Assembly: GCA_002898395.1 (NCBI GenBank)
Contig: BEHE01000008.1
Span: forward strand, 20,640 to 84,639
Length of the DNA: 64,000 nt
Direction of reading: 5' to 3'
DNA from: Candidatus Calditenuaceae archaeon HR02
Lineage (GTDB): Archaea; Thermoproteota; Nitrososphaeria_A; Caldarchaeales; Calditenuaceae
Of the stretch, positions 51,653 through 62,997 are shown piece after piece; positions within the stretch are counted from its first letter, which is position 1; every line of letters begins with the position of its first letter. The position numbers and the translations under genes were made by a program. The notes under the pieces were generated by a model that was given only the letters and a program-made list of their open reading frames with translations, made no database searches and was not told where the DNA came from.

Positions 51653-52298
51653 AAGGATAGAGTGTATGAAAGTAGCTTACCTTGCATAGCATAGAAGATA
51701 TTTTTAGCTGTACGTGGATGTGTGGGTAGTCTGGGTAAAGTTGTCGGTATAGATTCATCTGAGCATCTGAATTTCATTGGTTTCGTTTCTGGAACATTAG
51801 ATCCTATCTGCGCATATACTGGTATTAGTGATCTCAGATACGAGTTGAGCCGATCGACTAGAGTTCCCGCAAGCGCGCTAGAGGGCTCGCTTAAAAGGAA
51901 TTTAGCGAAGTTGATATTGAAGATAGTCTTAGTAGAGAGTCTTGGAAAGGTCTACGCCGATGTTGAGATATCTCAACCACCAGGAAAACTTGGTAATTAG
52001 ATCATCCCATGGGTTACCAATAAAATTGGCCGATATAATTGCTTGGACGAACTTAAGAAGACCACACGACATAACACGAGGCGGCAAGTTTTCGGGGGCA
52101 GTTAAGTTAACTTGAAAGAGGAACCGGCAAAAATGGTAAGGTCAGAGTTTAGAATTTAACGTCGGGCTCACATCAGCCCCCGCCCCTATGCCTGTTCATT
52201 CATCCCCGAACTTTTTCAGGCATAGCATGAGGGGTTCGGACCCTCATCCAGTTATCACTCCCCTTTCCTTACCTTTAAGCCTTTCCTATAAATGGGTG

Positions 52299-52345
52299 GG
52301 GACTGTCAACTAGGTGTTACGCCTCCTCGGGTGTAAGGAAGGTGT
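52299..52345 (-). mobile_element. Isolated IS6-type terminal sequence
   Basis: GGGACTGTCAACTAGGTGTTACGCCTCCTC matches 23 of 30 nt of the IS6 end at 53696. Confidence 0.62.
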
Positions 52346-52476
52346 TAGGTACTCAGGAGCGCGAATCGTCTGCAAGAGGTACCTGTAATACGCTCGTTGC
52401 TCCTAGCACCATTTAACCAACATGTCTACAAGGTGGTTAAGTGCGTTGTTATCCCTTACGATGCCCAGATGAGCGA

Positions 52477-53409
52477 TTATATTATCGATGCAATGTTGAG
52501 TTCTTGCATAACCCTGTTTATCGGATTCGCCAATGAAAATATATCACTTCCTGCAAAGAGGACCCCTATCGCCCTATTGTTCTCATCTACTACAAGGCTA
52601 CCAGAGTCTCCTCCTTTACTAAATCCACCTGGCTGAATAACAATTTGGTCATCAAATGTCAGATGTCCTAGGCTTAGGTAATTAACTTTAACATAAGCTC
52701 GTAGTATAACAATTACACCACGTGTCAAGCCAGTTGTCCTTCCACTCTTCTTTACATGTAAGCTCAATGTTGGCATTCCCACACCCCTCACCTTGCCAAT
52801 GTAAAATATATCGGGACTAACATCTTGTATGTTTATCGGCCTAGCTAGGGCGGCATCAACATAGTTAATGCCATTAGGATTCAAAAAAGTCCACGTCCAT
52901 AATGTAGCAATTGTATCGTTAGGATTTCCCCCGTCATAAGGACCAGGTTGGTATATAGGATCACCTATTCTGGCATTGTTAGAGTTTGCAAGCACATGAT
53001 TATTGCTGAGAATGTATACATGACCTTCATTATCTCGAACCAGACATCCTAAGGTGCCAGCAGTGACCATATAGTGACCTATACTCACACCCCCCTGAGC
53101 TGGCCTAACCCTTTGTCTTGATACGTAAGGAATTGGTCTTGCACTTTGGAGCTCGCCAGCTACAATAGCTGTTACTGGTACGCCGAACTGATCCGCAATG
53201 GCTTGAGCTATTGGTTGAGCGTATTCGTTTCCCCGCCGAAGGAGGATAGCTAATGCTTGCCTACCGTTTGTGTAGGTTATCCCAATACCGTTCACATCAT
53301 TTTCAAGCGTTCTTGATGAGACTCTCGCTGCAGCAAATAACTTGTTTATATTAGCTCGCGAACCAAAGAAGCAGTCTATGCAATAACGTCGAGCCTGCTC
53401 AACGCTCAT
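52477..53409 (-). CDS. Trypsin-like (S1, NAL1-like) serine protease, no signal peptide
   Basis: TAGTLGC, LSNNHVL (His), DAALA (Asp), KSGRTTGLT, GDSGS (Ser). Confidence 0.88.
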   Translation of the reverse strand: MSVEQARRYCIDCFFGSRANINKLFAAARVSSRTLENDVNGIGITYTNGRQALAILLRRGNEYAQPIAQAIADQFGVPVTAIVAGELQSARPIPYVSRQRVRPAQGGVSIGHYMVTAGTLGCLVRDNEGHVYILSNNHVLANSNNARIGDPIYQPGPYDGGNPNDTIATLWTWTFLNPNGINYVDAALARPINIQDVSPDIFYIGKVRGVGMPTLSLHVKKSGRTTGLTRGVIVILRAYVKVNYLSLGHLTFDDQIVIQPGGFSKGGDSGSLVVDENNRAIGVLFAGSDIFSLANPINRVMQELNIASII

Positions 53410-53644
53410 GTATAACTCCTTTAAGCGGCTGAAACTCTCCTGAAACCAATATTCGATATGGAATAGGGATGTCTCTCATAAGACGCTCTATTTTAGCACA
53501 AGTATCTTTATCGTCCTCCCTAAGCATGACGATCACATACAGAGAGCCCTGATGCCCTCCTATACCAACTCCAGATACACCTTCTATCTCCATGAGGCGA
53601 GACTTCACTTCTCTTAAACGCTCCTCAAATTCATCTTGACTCAT
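53399..53644 (-). CDS. Small protein resembling the protease N-terminal pro-domain
   Basis: GVSGVGIG..VIVML..IPYRILVSGEFQPL; overlaps the protease start. Confidence 0.75.
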   Translation of the reverse strand: MSQDEFEERLREVKSRLMEIEGVSGVGIGGHQGSLYVIVMLREDDKDTCAKIERLMRDIPIPYRILVSGEFQPLKGVIHER

Positions 53645-53695
53645 TACACCTTATGTTTGATCGCACAGCTAATTAATCCTTTCGCATATTTGAGG

Positions 53696-54115
53696 GGCAC
53701 CGTCAGCCAGGTATTACGACTCTTCCTTCCCATGGATTAGGTCTTAGGTTGTGTATTTGTCGTTGCTATCTCCTCAATACTCCTCACCATCTCTGTGTTT
53801 ATGTTGTTGTAGAGCCTCTTTGTTCTGTCTTTCAATTCCCTGAAGAACCTCTCTATCCCGTTCCTCTCCCCGAACGTCTCATGAACATACTTAAGCCTCC
53901 CACGGATACCAAGGACCCCTATTATCGATGGCTTATCATTATTCTTAACAACCGTCTCGTCTACAGCCACCACCTCCCTAAACATAATCCTAGATAGGTT
54001 AAGGAGCCTTGATATCCCAACGACCTCCCTAGATGAGAGACACAGGCTTAGACCCGCAACGTACAAGACGACGACATAAACCCTCTCGAAAAGAATCGTT
54101 ATAGAACCTGAACTA
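53696..54115 (-). mobile_element. IS6-family transposase remnant with right end
   Basis: VAVDETVVK, YVHETFGERNGIERFFRELKDRTKRLYNNIN; end GGCACCGTCAGCCAGG at 53696. Confidence 0.8.
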
Positions 54116-54256
54116 GATACACGTTTGAAGACGTATGTGGCAGCTGAGGGGGAAAAATGGTATTGCCCTAACGGAGGGAAAACCATATAAAAGATGACTG
54201 TGCCCAGATTTCTGAACAAATTCTTTATTATTCGTTGTCTTCTTTTTTTTATCTAT

Positions 54257-54662
54257 GTGACCTTGGTTATTAAGAAGATTGACCCGGAGAAGGTTAGGTT
54301 ATTTAAGGCCGAGGCTGTTAGGAGGGGGTTTCTTCTTAACCAGGCTTTGGAGGAGGCGATAACGCTCTGGCTTAACGCCAGCCACTCCGTAGTGGGGACC
54401 GAATTTTGAGGCGAATAACAGGCTGTATGAGGCGATAAAAGAGGAGTTGAGAAAGAATCATCTGGGAAAGTTCATGGTCATAGCCGAGGATAGGTTGGTT
54501 GGAGTTTTTGAGGAGAAGAAAGAGGCTTTAGAGGCCTTGCGTAGTCTTGGTAGTAGCGCGAGTCACGCGATACTAACCCAGGTAGGGGTAGATGAGGAGC
54601 GGGGGGCCGAGCTTGAATGGTGGGGCGGGTCTATAGGGTCTCAGAGTGCACAGAATACATAG
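54257..54662 (+). pseudogene. Frameshifted RHH-antitoxin/DUF5678-like fusion
   Basis: LVIKKIDPEKVRLFKAEAVRRG..ALEEAI, then after a shift at about 54405 EANNRLYEAIKEELRKNHLGKFMVIA. Confidence 0.62.
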
Positions 54663-54850
54663 CCTCTAGAAGACATCCAGCACCCGCCTAAACAATAACT
54701 CTTCACAGCATAACCGGCGACAAAGTAGCGGAAAATACTAGGGTTCCAGTAGACGCAGGTTATGAAGGGCCAGTCATGCTGACCTCGGAGCTTTACAGTC
54801 CCTTCACAAAAGCGGGATTACCACGCCCTCCGTATCCAGCTACAGAAGCC
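54650..54850 (+). pseudogene. Degenerate clan AA aspartic protease
   Basis: VDAGYEGPVML resembles a decayed DTGxxG motif, directly after the DUF5678-like gene. Confidence 0.4.
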
Positions 54851-54973
54851 GTATACCCTATGCCCCTGTATCCGGCCAAGTAATAACTCTCAGCAATATA
54901 TACCAGATGTCTCCAGAATCTCCTGACATACTCTCAACTACCTGCTAGACCCCAGCCCACAGACCATGAAGAA

Positions 54974-56330
54974 CTAAATCCTGTATCTAATTAAGTCCTT
55001 AAGGTCAAAAACAAGGTAACCTTTCTCGGTTAGTTCTGCCTTTCGCTCGAGACTTCTTGCGAGGATGCCGAAGTACTGCTTCCTCCTGCCCCTGTTCCAT
55101 GCGAAACTGGATGATTTTTGTTTTAGTCTTTCAATTATCTCGAGCGCCTCGTTGTAGCTTAACTCCTTCCATTTTGCCTCCAAGAACAATACTTTCCCGG
55201 ATCCCCTGTTCACAGTCACAACATCTATCTCTACGTCCCTGGCCACCAGTTGCCAACGGTATCGACTCTAAACGGTGACAGGATAGGGATGTAATGGAGT
55301 GCCAATCTTTCAAATGCCTTGCCTAGTATCTCTTTTATTTCATTCTCGTTATAGCTCGCGATTCCCAGTTCAATCTGAGATACTTTCCTGTAGCATAAGT
55401 TAAACCATGAGATGAGGGCATTCTCCCTTATGAAGTATCTTCCCCTTTTCTCCCTTGTCATCAAAAGTACCTTTCTTTCGACGAGGCCAAGGAGTGACAG
55501 TTGCTCAAGATACGGGAATATCTTTCTCGTCTCCATTCCAACGTAGTTCGCTATGCCGTTTGTGGTGGAGTTGCCGGACGCGATTGCGGCAAGTATTAAG
55601 AAATAATTTCTCGGTCCCCTTAGCTCCTCCGCCAGCAAGAAGTAAGGTTCTCTGTAAAAATAGCCATTCTGGTCTAAAAACTCACGTTCTACCAGCTCCC
55701 TTATAGATCTGTACCTTGCCGAAACCTGCAGGTATGAGGGCACCCCTCCAACCATCATATACGCCATGATCCCATATTACCTATCCTTGAAGAAGTCAAG
55801 GGCGTGCCAGGGCCTCAGCTCTTCAAGAAGTATATCCCTCGTCCTCCTGCCGTAAAGGGGGGGGGAGCCGCTTGACAGTACCTCTTCTCGCATGAGCACT
55901 AGCAAAGAGCCGGAGATGATGAGCATCACCCCTCTCTTTGACATGTTTCTGTCCCAAGCTCGTTGGAGGTCGCTCAGAATCCGGGGGTCGGTCTTTACCG
56001 CATAAGAAAACTCATATAGCACGACGATCTTTCCTTTCCCGAGCAACCTCGACACATAATCGAACAGATAGAGCCAAGAATCGGTTTCGAGCTTCTCTAT
56101 GTAGGGATCGGCAAAATGTGCCGAAGCCTGCCTCTTGAATCCCCTCATTTGTACTTGCTTTGATGCATCGGGAAAAACAAGTAAAATGAGTCCTTTCCCG
56201 AGATGAACTCCTCGATTAGCCTACCCTTACCTATCCTCCTCCTTCCGTAAAGTACGGCAAAGGAGGGAGCTCTCTTGTACTCTTCTTGAAGAAGTTTCAG
56301 CTCAGCCTACCTGTTTATGAATTTACTAAT
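54974..56330 (-). pseudogene. Archaeal ATPase (AAA + DUF234) pseudogene, multiple frameshifts
   Basis: Fragments YGRRRIGK, IISGS..PLYGRRT, GGVPSYL, GNWW, EIDVV..EAKW in different frames. Confidence 0.88.
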
Positions 56331-57018
56331 CACGATTAGTATTTACCCGTTTCGAATGAACGACCGACTCCACTTCTGCCCTTTCGCGGATGTATCCGAT
56401 GCCCAAGCCGAAAGTAACGAAAGCAAACAAGCTCAATGGGTAGGAAGTGGGCATCAGGGACGAGATAGTCCACCCTCTTGTTACCTCCCTCTGTCCAGAT
56501 CTGCGCTGCCTCAAAAGGGTCATCCATTCATAGGCGCTCAGCTCTCTAATTATCGGTTTGATCTCAGCCCCAAATTGGACCACTCAATTTTGAGCATCGT
56601 ATAGTCTCCGGCGAAGGTAGACAACTGTCGCCGCACAAACTCTCGTCGACCCTCTTCCAGTAGGAGGTCATCAAGAAAGAGAGGTACCGGTAGGCCATAG
56701 GCCTTACTTCTCATAAGGGACCTACCTGCAGGTCAGAGAGGTATTTGGACAGGAGCACGTTCAGAAACGCCGGACCCGAAAGGGAGTGGTGAGTTAAGCC
56801 ATAAGGCAGGATTACTATTCACATGATATCACAATGATGTGTCAACTTCTTTAATCATTATTCGCGGTTACAGTTCTCGTTCAGGATAAACTCAGCCGCC
56901 AAAAGCGAGTCAGTTATCTGTCGACTCGGCATGGTCAACGTGTGTAATTATCTAGGCGGAGGAACAGTTTGCTATACTGCCCGAGGAATTAAGCTGCAAG
57001 GCGTTACAGAACTCAGTT

Positions 57019-57411
57019 TTATTTCTGGTATGTTATTATTTCTATGTCTGTTACTTTTTCTATTTCTAAGAAGTCTTTATCTCGTGTCGCTATCTTTTCT
57101 ATTCCGTTGGCTACCGCTATTCCAACTATCAGTATATCTAATGCGTTTACCTCTTTGCCACTTGCTAATAATCTTGCGGCTATCTCACTTGATTCCTCAG
57201 CCGCCCGTAAGTCATATTCAAATATTGGAATGGATGAAAAGAACCCCCTAAAGAATATCTCCTCACGCTTTGCTTTAGCACTTTTTAACCCGGTTGATAT
57301 CTCATGATATGTAATTACTGTCGTGCTCACTTCCTGATCCTTTACAATATCTCTCGTAGCCTCTACTCCTCTAAAGTAATCTATCAGAAATGACGTGTCT
57401 AATAGTATCAT
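57019..57411 (-). CDS. vapC: VapC/PIN toxin
   Basis: ILLDTSFLID, YHE, LDILI, TRDKDF. Confidence 0.92.
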   Translation of the reverse strand: MILLDTSFLIDYFRGVEATRDIVKDQEVSTTVITYHEISTGLKSAKAKREEIFFRGFFSSIPIFEYDLRAAEESSEIAARLLASGKEVNALDILIVGIAVANGIEKIATRDKDFLEIEKVTDIEIITYQK

Positions 57412-57620
57412 GTCCTAAACCTAGCCATCTCTCTTAAACGCTTAGTTGACAACTCAAGCTCCATTAATAGGGGACTGTCCTTCAAACATCCGAAATACTC
57501 GGCCATATCCACTCTAGACCGCTTCAAAAGCCTCTCTATCACGTCACTAAAACTCTCGCCATCCCGCTTACGCTTGACGAGCTCCATATACACCTCATCA
57601 CGGATCATAATAGTCTTCAT
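57408..57620 (-). CDS. vapB: VapB antitoxin (DUF217-like)
   Basis: MKTIMIRDEVY..KRDGESFSDVIERLL; ATGA overlap with vapC. Confidence 0.9.
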   Translation of the reverse strand: MKTIMIRDEVYMELVKRKRDGESFSDVIERLLKRSRVDMAEYFGCLKDSPLLMELELSTKRLREMARFRT

Positions 57621-57675
57621 GCACACATACATGATAACATGAGTATTTAAAAATTTTTCTTAAAAAGAGCTATAG

Positions 57676-57899
57676 TGATGCGATGTGGGGTTAGGCTTAA
57701 CTCTAGGGGCCGCTCATAGCATGTCATGAGCGGGTTAGTGTGCGGTTTGGACGTTCATAAGAGATTCTGCGACGATACGTTGGTTGACTGGTTTGGTAAT
57801 GTGGTGGAGTCTAGGAGGATGCCTAGGGATGGGGTCTACTCTTTCCTTTCTAGCAGAAATGTATCTCTAGTAGTTGTGGAGTCTTCTAGCTATGTATAG
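57676..57899 (+). mobile_element. IS110-family left end and truncated transposase (57 aa)
   Basis: ATG 57726 MSGLVCGLDVHKRF..VVVES*; GLDVHK and VES are DEDD-domain motifs. Confidence 0.75.
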
Positions 57900-58466
57900 G
57901 GGGCTAGGGTTATGGGTCTTTTCATCCGGAGAGCCACGCTGCTGTTTGGCTTTGGAAGAAGATGCTTGGGGGCTTTAGGGGTGTCTTCTCCTCTAGATGA
58001 TGTCGCTATTCCTCATAGACGATACCTAGGTGGGGATAGGTGGTTCTAGCGCGTGGTTCTTCATAGCCTATGAGTCATTCGAAAAGTAGATACTAGACAT
58101 GTGGCTCTCTAGGATCAAGAACCAGCTAGTAGTCGAGGCGTTCCTTAGGGAGTTGGTTAGGAGCTTTGGGAGGACCAGTATATGTCGATGGTGATAGCCA
58201 CTACCTGGCCGCATGCAGTGGCCTAGGACTAGAGCATAGGGTATACAGCTCCGGGAGATGGATATAGAGAGCGTTATCTTCACAAAGATAAAGTTCATGA
58301 CTAGAGTTTTCGATAACTATTTCCCATACAGGAGGAAGCACTGCATCCAAGAACACGTATGGAGCCGGATGAAACTAAGAACACTATTCGAAAAAGAATT
58401 GACAAAAACATGCTAAAAAGATTAGTAGGGATGATCAAGATTGAGTAATACCAACTTAACAGACCC
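57890..58466 (+). mobile_element. IS6-family transposase pseudogene
   Basis: SHAAVWLWKK, EAFLRELVRSFG, VFDNYFP fragments; end AACTTAACAGACCC at about 58466. Confidence 0.68.
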
Positions 58467-58520
58467 AACCTTGGATTTAGAATTGCTTATATTAGGGTTT
58501 TGGTATAGGTATGTGGGATT

Positions 58521-58727
58521 ATGCCCCGTGTAATGCTGGACGAACGTCAGATTGAACTGCTCAGACGTGCTAGGGACTTGATAGACGAGCTATTAGAGAC
58601 TCTAGAAGTGGCAAGCGATGCCGAACTCATGCAAGGCATTAAAGAGGCTGAGGAAGACATAGGGGCTAGCAGAATAAGAGGCTACGACGAGATGATTAAG
58701 AAGCTGAAGGAAGTTAGAGAAATATAG
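58521..58727 (+). CDS. Antitoxin (RelB/Phd-like)
   Basis: ETLEVASDAELMQGIKEAEEDI. Confidence 0.75.
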   Translation: MPRVMLDERQIELLRRARDLIDELLETLEVASDAELMQGIKEAEEDIGASRIRGYDEMIKKLKEVREI

Positions 58728-58840
58728 GCTAATAGCCACATCCAGGCTTGAGAGAAGTTTTCGCAGATTGGATAAGTAGACGAAGCTAAGGATAGATGAG
58801 CAGCTAAGAATCCTAGAAACAGAACCTTATGCTGGGCTAG
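58717..58840 (+). pseudogene. RelE/ParE toxin remnant
   Basis: ERSFRRLDK*TKLRIDEQLRILETEPYAG, with an internal stop and truncated by IS6-like debris. Confidence 0.65.
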
Positions 58841-59032
58841 AGAAAAGCCTGAACAATCCAAAGGTAATAGTCGATAGATGACCCTTTGGTATGGATGGGC
58901 ATCAGAGAGGCTTGTACTAGAATACGAGCATCAGAGACTCGGTATGAGGAATAAAGGTTCTTCGATAACAGGTTTATAACTATGTGTGAAACTTTTAATA
59001 CATGTTAGTAATGTATACACATGGTGAGTAGT

Positions 59033-59677
59033 ATGAATGTAACCATCAGGGATGTGGATGAGGCGGTCTTTAGACGGTTTAAAGCTAGGGCGTTGAGAAG
59101 GGTATGAAGCTTGGGGAGGCGTTGACGCAGGCCATGGAGATGTGGCTTAAGCAGAAAAGTCTAAAACCTAAGGCGAAGCTTCTGGACATAAGACCCTTTA
59201 ATTGGGGGGAGAAATCCAAGAGACTCAGCTCTGAAATCGACCAGCTCATCTACGGAGAATCATAATTCTCCTTGATTCAAGCTTCATAGTTGCATATCTT
59301 AATGAGGCCGATAAAAATCATTCAAAAGCCCTCCGAATAGCAGATGACTTAGAGACAAGGGCAAATATGGAACACCGGTCATCACTGACTACATATTTGA
59401 CGAAGTTATCACAGTAATGCTATTGAAGATAAAGAACATAGCAAAGACATCTGAAGTGGGCGAGGCTCTCCTTAACTCAACACTACTTCTAAGAATCGAT
59501 GAACACATATTCGATTTAGCATGGAGTATATTTAAAAAGCAGGATAAGCCCAGATTCAGCTTCACCGATTGCATAACCATAGCCGTATGCAGAGTAAAGG
59601 GAATAACGAAGATAGCAACCTTCGATAAGGAGTTCCAAAACCTAAAAGAATACACAATAATAGGGCCATCAGTATAA
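59033..59677 (+). pseudogene. VapBC pair, both genes frameshifted
   Basis: MNVTIRDVDEAVFRRFKARA / KLGEALTQA..EIDQLIYG*, then ILLDSSFIVAYLNEADKNH / IFDEVIT..SFTDC..ATFDKEF. Confidence 0.8.
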
Positions 59678-60119
59678 TACACAGTTACGCCCATAGTTGT
59701 GGTAGGTATGTGTTTCTGTATTGGTTTTTGCTATTCCGTCCCTCTATCTGAGGGACCTCTTTAATAGTCTTGGCCTTTGATGGGTGTCGTTGTTTACCAG
59801 TGTCCTAGATGCGGGGCTCCTCACAGCGTCGGGGCGCGATGTACTATTACGGTATGAGAAAAGGAGGAGGATAATAGAGAGCTAATCCCGACACCTATGT
59901 GGGGCTTATTCTTCTATTTAAGGCATACACTATCAAAATCTCTGAAACAAGGGATAAATGAGTGCTGTTGAGGCCAAGTGATGGCTTTGGCTCTATCCTG
60001 GGTGTGAACCGCCAACCTTCTGAGCCGGCTGCGTCTATCGATATAATGTAACGACCTACGGGTAGACTTCGAGAATGACTGGCAGGCCTCTTTTCACCAA
60101 GAACATGGAACAGACTCTT

Positions 60120-60533
60120 TCACGCGATGAGTACTTTCATCCCTAGTAGCTTTGATAATGTTTCAGATATTGATGCTATCTCTCTGTCTAGGGTGGCGAG
60201 CTTTTCTGCTTTTATCAGATGGCACGTAGCCACATGGAGCAGGTCTAGGGTTTTCAGCCGGAGTGTAGGCGCTAGCCTAAATGATTGCTTGAGGGTTTCG
60301 TTGAAATCTATCTCTACCAGCTCGGCTCCTATGAGCTCCACCGAATACATTGCCAGTTGTAGAGGTTTTTCGAGCCCTGCGCGAGAATAGACTGACGCCA
60401 GCTCGGTCAGGACTAAGGAGCTCACGACGAGCTTCTCTCCCCTGATGTCCTGCACGAGTTTCTCAGCCACGTTATGTTGAGGGTCCTTCTCATCCACATA
60501 AGATATTATGAGGCTTGTGTCGACATATATCAA
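60120..60533 (-). CDS. vapC: VapC/PIN toxin
   Basis: IYVDTS, DPQH, TLDLLHVA, ATLD. Confidence 0.92.
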   Translation of the reverse strand: MIYVDTSLIISYVDEKDPQHNVAEKLVQDIRGEKLVVSSLVLTELASVYSRAGLEKPLQLAMYSVELIGAELVEIDFNETLKQSFRLAPTLRLKTLDLLHVATCHLIKAEKLATLDREIASISETLSKLLGMKVLIA

Positions 60534-60784
60534 CGCTTGGCCCGCCCTTCTCTAAGAATCTCTCCTAGCCCACCATGCCTTATCCTATAGCCCGACCTCC
60601 TCAGCCTCTCAACACCATTGTGTAGGTCTTCCCAGAACTTCACTTCGTCAACGGCCTTCTCCATCCCCCTCTCAATCATCAGGTTTATTGCATGAGACCT
60701 GCTTCTAGCAATGCCGTACCGTACCATCTTTTCCGCCAGCTCAAGAACCTCTGTTTTTACTTTGATAGTAATTGGGTGGGACAC
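60530..60784 (-). CDS. VapB-type antitoxin
   Basis: GTG start 60784 (MSHPITIKV), MVRYGIARSRSHAINLMI; overlaps vapC. Confidence 0.8.
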   Translation of the reverse strand: MSHPITIKVKTEVLELAEKMVRYGIARSRSHAINLMIERGMEKAVDEVKFWEDLHNGVERLRRSGYRIRHGGLGEILREGRAKR

Positions 60785-61087
60785 TATGGTATACCCACGA
60801 ATACTATGGTATAGGTAATTAATAAACATTCACTGCTCAACAGCTCACGTGTTGTGAATAATTCGATGTTTTTAGCCCATACGAAGAAACTTTCGACCAC
60901 TGACAATCCTTTTGCAAGCCTTGCCACTCCTCTCTCCCAAGGTTCACAGGTATGTCATGATATTTTTGGCCTTCTGCCCTAGCTATTCGTATACAACCTC
61001 CTCCAGAAGGCGGCGTAAACCTAGAGAAAAGGAAGACCAGCGGGAGAAAAGAATATGAACACTAGAGCCTATTAGCCCCAGGCTGTC

Positions 61088-62543
61088 TTACTGCCGTGGC
61101 AACTCCAAATTGACTATGTAGGTATGGGTTCTATCTTTTATGGTTGCTGAGGTGATTAGTATGAACTTGTTTCCCACGATTATCAAATTTACATAATCGG
61201 AAAGGCTGTAGGACCATGGGTCTTCCCCGGTGAAGAGCTCGGCCGCCAAGACATCTTTCAAGGATAAGATGCTATGGATTGCTCCGCCGAGGTCTATTCT
61301 CGCCAGTGTTATCTATGTTCCCTGGCTTGTTGGGCCTATTAGCTGCTTCCCTGTGGGGATTAGTGCGTACAGGTATCCGTTGTACTCTCCTACCACGTTG
61401 ATGTAGAATGGGAAATGGTTAGGAACGTAGTTGGAAGAGGCTACTAGTCTTCCTTCGGAGCTGTAGAAAGCTATCCTAACCCTCGTCTCGTATGCTTCAT
61501 AGGTTGTGTTTGCTCTTACTTGATATGGGAAGCCCACCAGCACGCCTTCTCCGAAGGGGTGAACAAGGATTCCGCCGGAGGAGAAGTCCAGCCTATACTC
61601 GCCGAGATCACTGCACCACCTGACATCCATTGCTATTCCCAGCCGGCAGAGAAAGAGCCACCGCTCAAAAACCACGACGACAAAGTATCCATCTCCAGTA
61701 GCTACAGCCCATCCATGGAAACCCAGAACAGGCGCCGGCCCCACCTCTCCAGAGATGGTGGTCCTCTCGATATTCACTTCTCCTTTGGGACTCAGGGTCA
61801 CTATAACTATGGTGGGTGTAGCGTACCATCCTCCAGACCTCTCGACGAATCCATGCGCCTCGACAAGCAGAAACCTCAGGTTATCCTTGGCTGTGAAGAG
61901 GATGTACTGGTAGGGGTCTTCCAAGACGAGGGGCTCTTTCGGGGACCTCCACAGCTCCCTCCCAGCATGGTCCATGGCCACCAGCCATATGTCGCCGGCT
62001 GTGGCATCGTTGGCGTAGAGGATGCCCGAGCCAGCGCCCTCGAAGTATAGATAGGTGCCACGCTTGTCAACAGTTGATACCTCTCCACTCACCAAATCGA
62101 TTATCTTTGCCAGCTGCCTGTTCTCCATCAGGAAGTAAGCCTTTCCCCCATCGAATATCGGCTGACCAACCGCCAGATGCAGATACACCTGGCCATGCCA
62201 GTCATCCCTAAGCGTCGCAACCCTACTCACAGTCCCGCTCCCAACATCAAGCTTCACCAAATCCACCCTACCACTATCCGGTCTCTCGATAACTCCATGG
62301 GCTAGGTATAGAACATTCCCATCAGACCAGAGAGGAATAGCCACTCCCTCTAGCTTCGAAATAAGATTCAACCCCGCGGCGCCTTGAGACGGCATAGTCT
62401 GGGCCACAGTATTAGTAACCGTCTCCCTAGTCTCCGCCGCAGTTGTCCAGGGTTACTGGGTCTGATGAACTAGGAATGTAGCTAGGGAGCCAAGAACAAG
62501 AGCCGCGACGATGAGGAGAAAAATACCGGCCCTCAAGTACATG
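61088..62543 (-). pseudogene. Disrupted secreted beta-propeller-like protein
   Basis: Signal-like MYLRAGIFLLIVAALVLG from 62543 stops at about 62454; beta-rich ORF 61313-62407; C-terminus continues in another frame to 61088. Confidence 0.6.
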
Positions 62544-62997
62544 ATCTGCTAAACTTTCATAAATTTAAAAATTGACCCAATCACACTGGCGGATATATCT
62601 TCCGGGATAGGTGGGGTGGCGTGTATCACTGCTCCGAAGCGCGGGTCATAGGGTGTAACGTAACGCCTCATGGATGACGCCTACAAGCTTTTTTGGTCAT
62701 CAAGGTCGCCGCCAAGTTTATCTCCATTGCTCTTCTTGGCGGGGGATGGGCTGTGTTATGAGCCCGCAACCTTGGAGAAATTTAACATGCTATTACGTAG
62801 GAAAAGGGGAAGCCTGGGCGTCGAATAACGACTCATGTTAGGTGGTTTAGTTTTCTTTACTATGTCTCGCACCCGTGGATGGCCGAGGGGAGATAAACCA
62901 CAAGGCAGGCCACAAAGAAAACAATAAAAACAACTTAACAGACCACTCACAGTCCGCAGACTCCTATTTATATGGGAAATGGCTAGTATCAACTGGG

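Noticed and set aside
56326-56900. Short overlapping ORFs after the ATPase pseudogene
   Set aside because: No motif, start context or consistent frame.
57761-57770. GAGATTCTGC shared by IS110 stub 1 and the right CRISPR junction
   Set aside because: A 10-bp match is plausible by chance, and the flanks do not continue.
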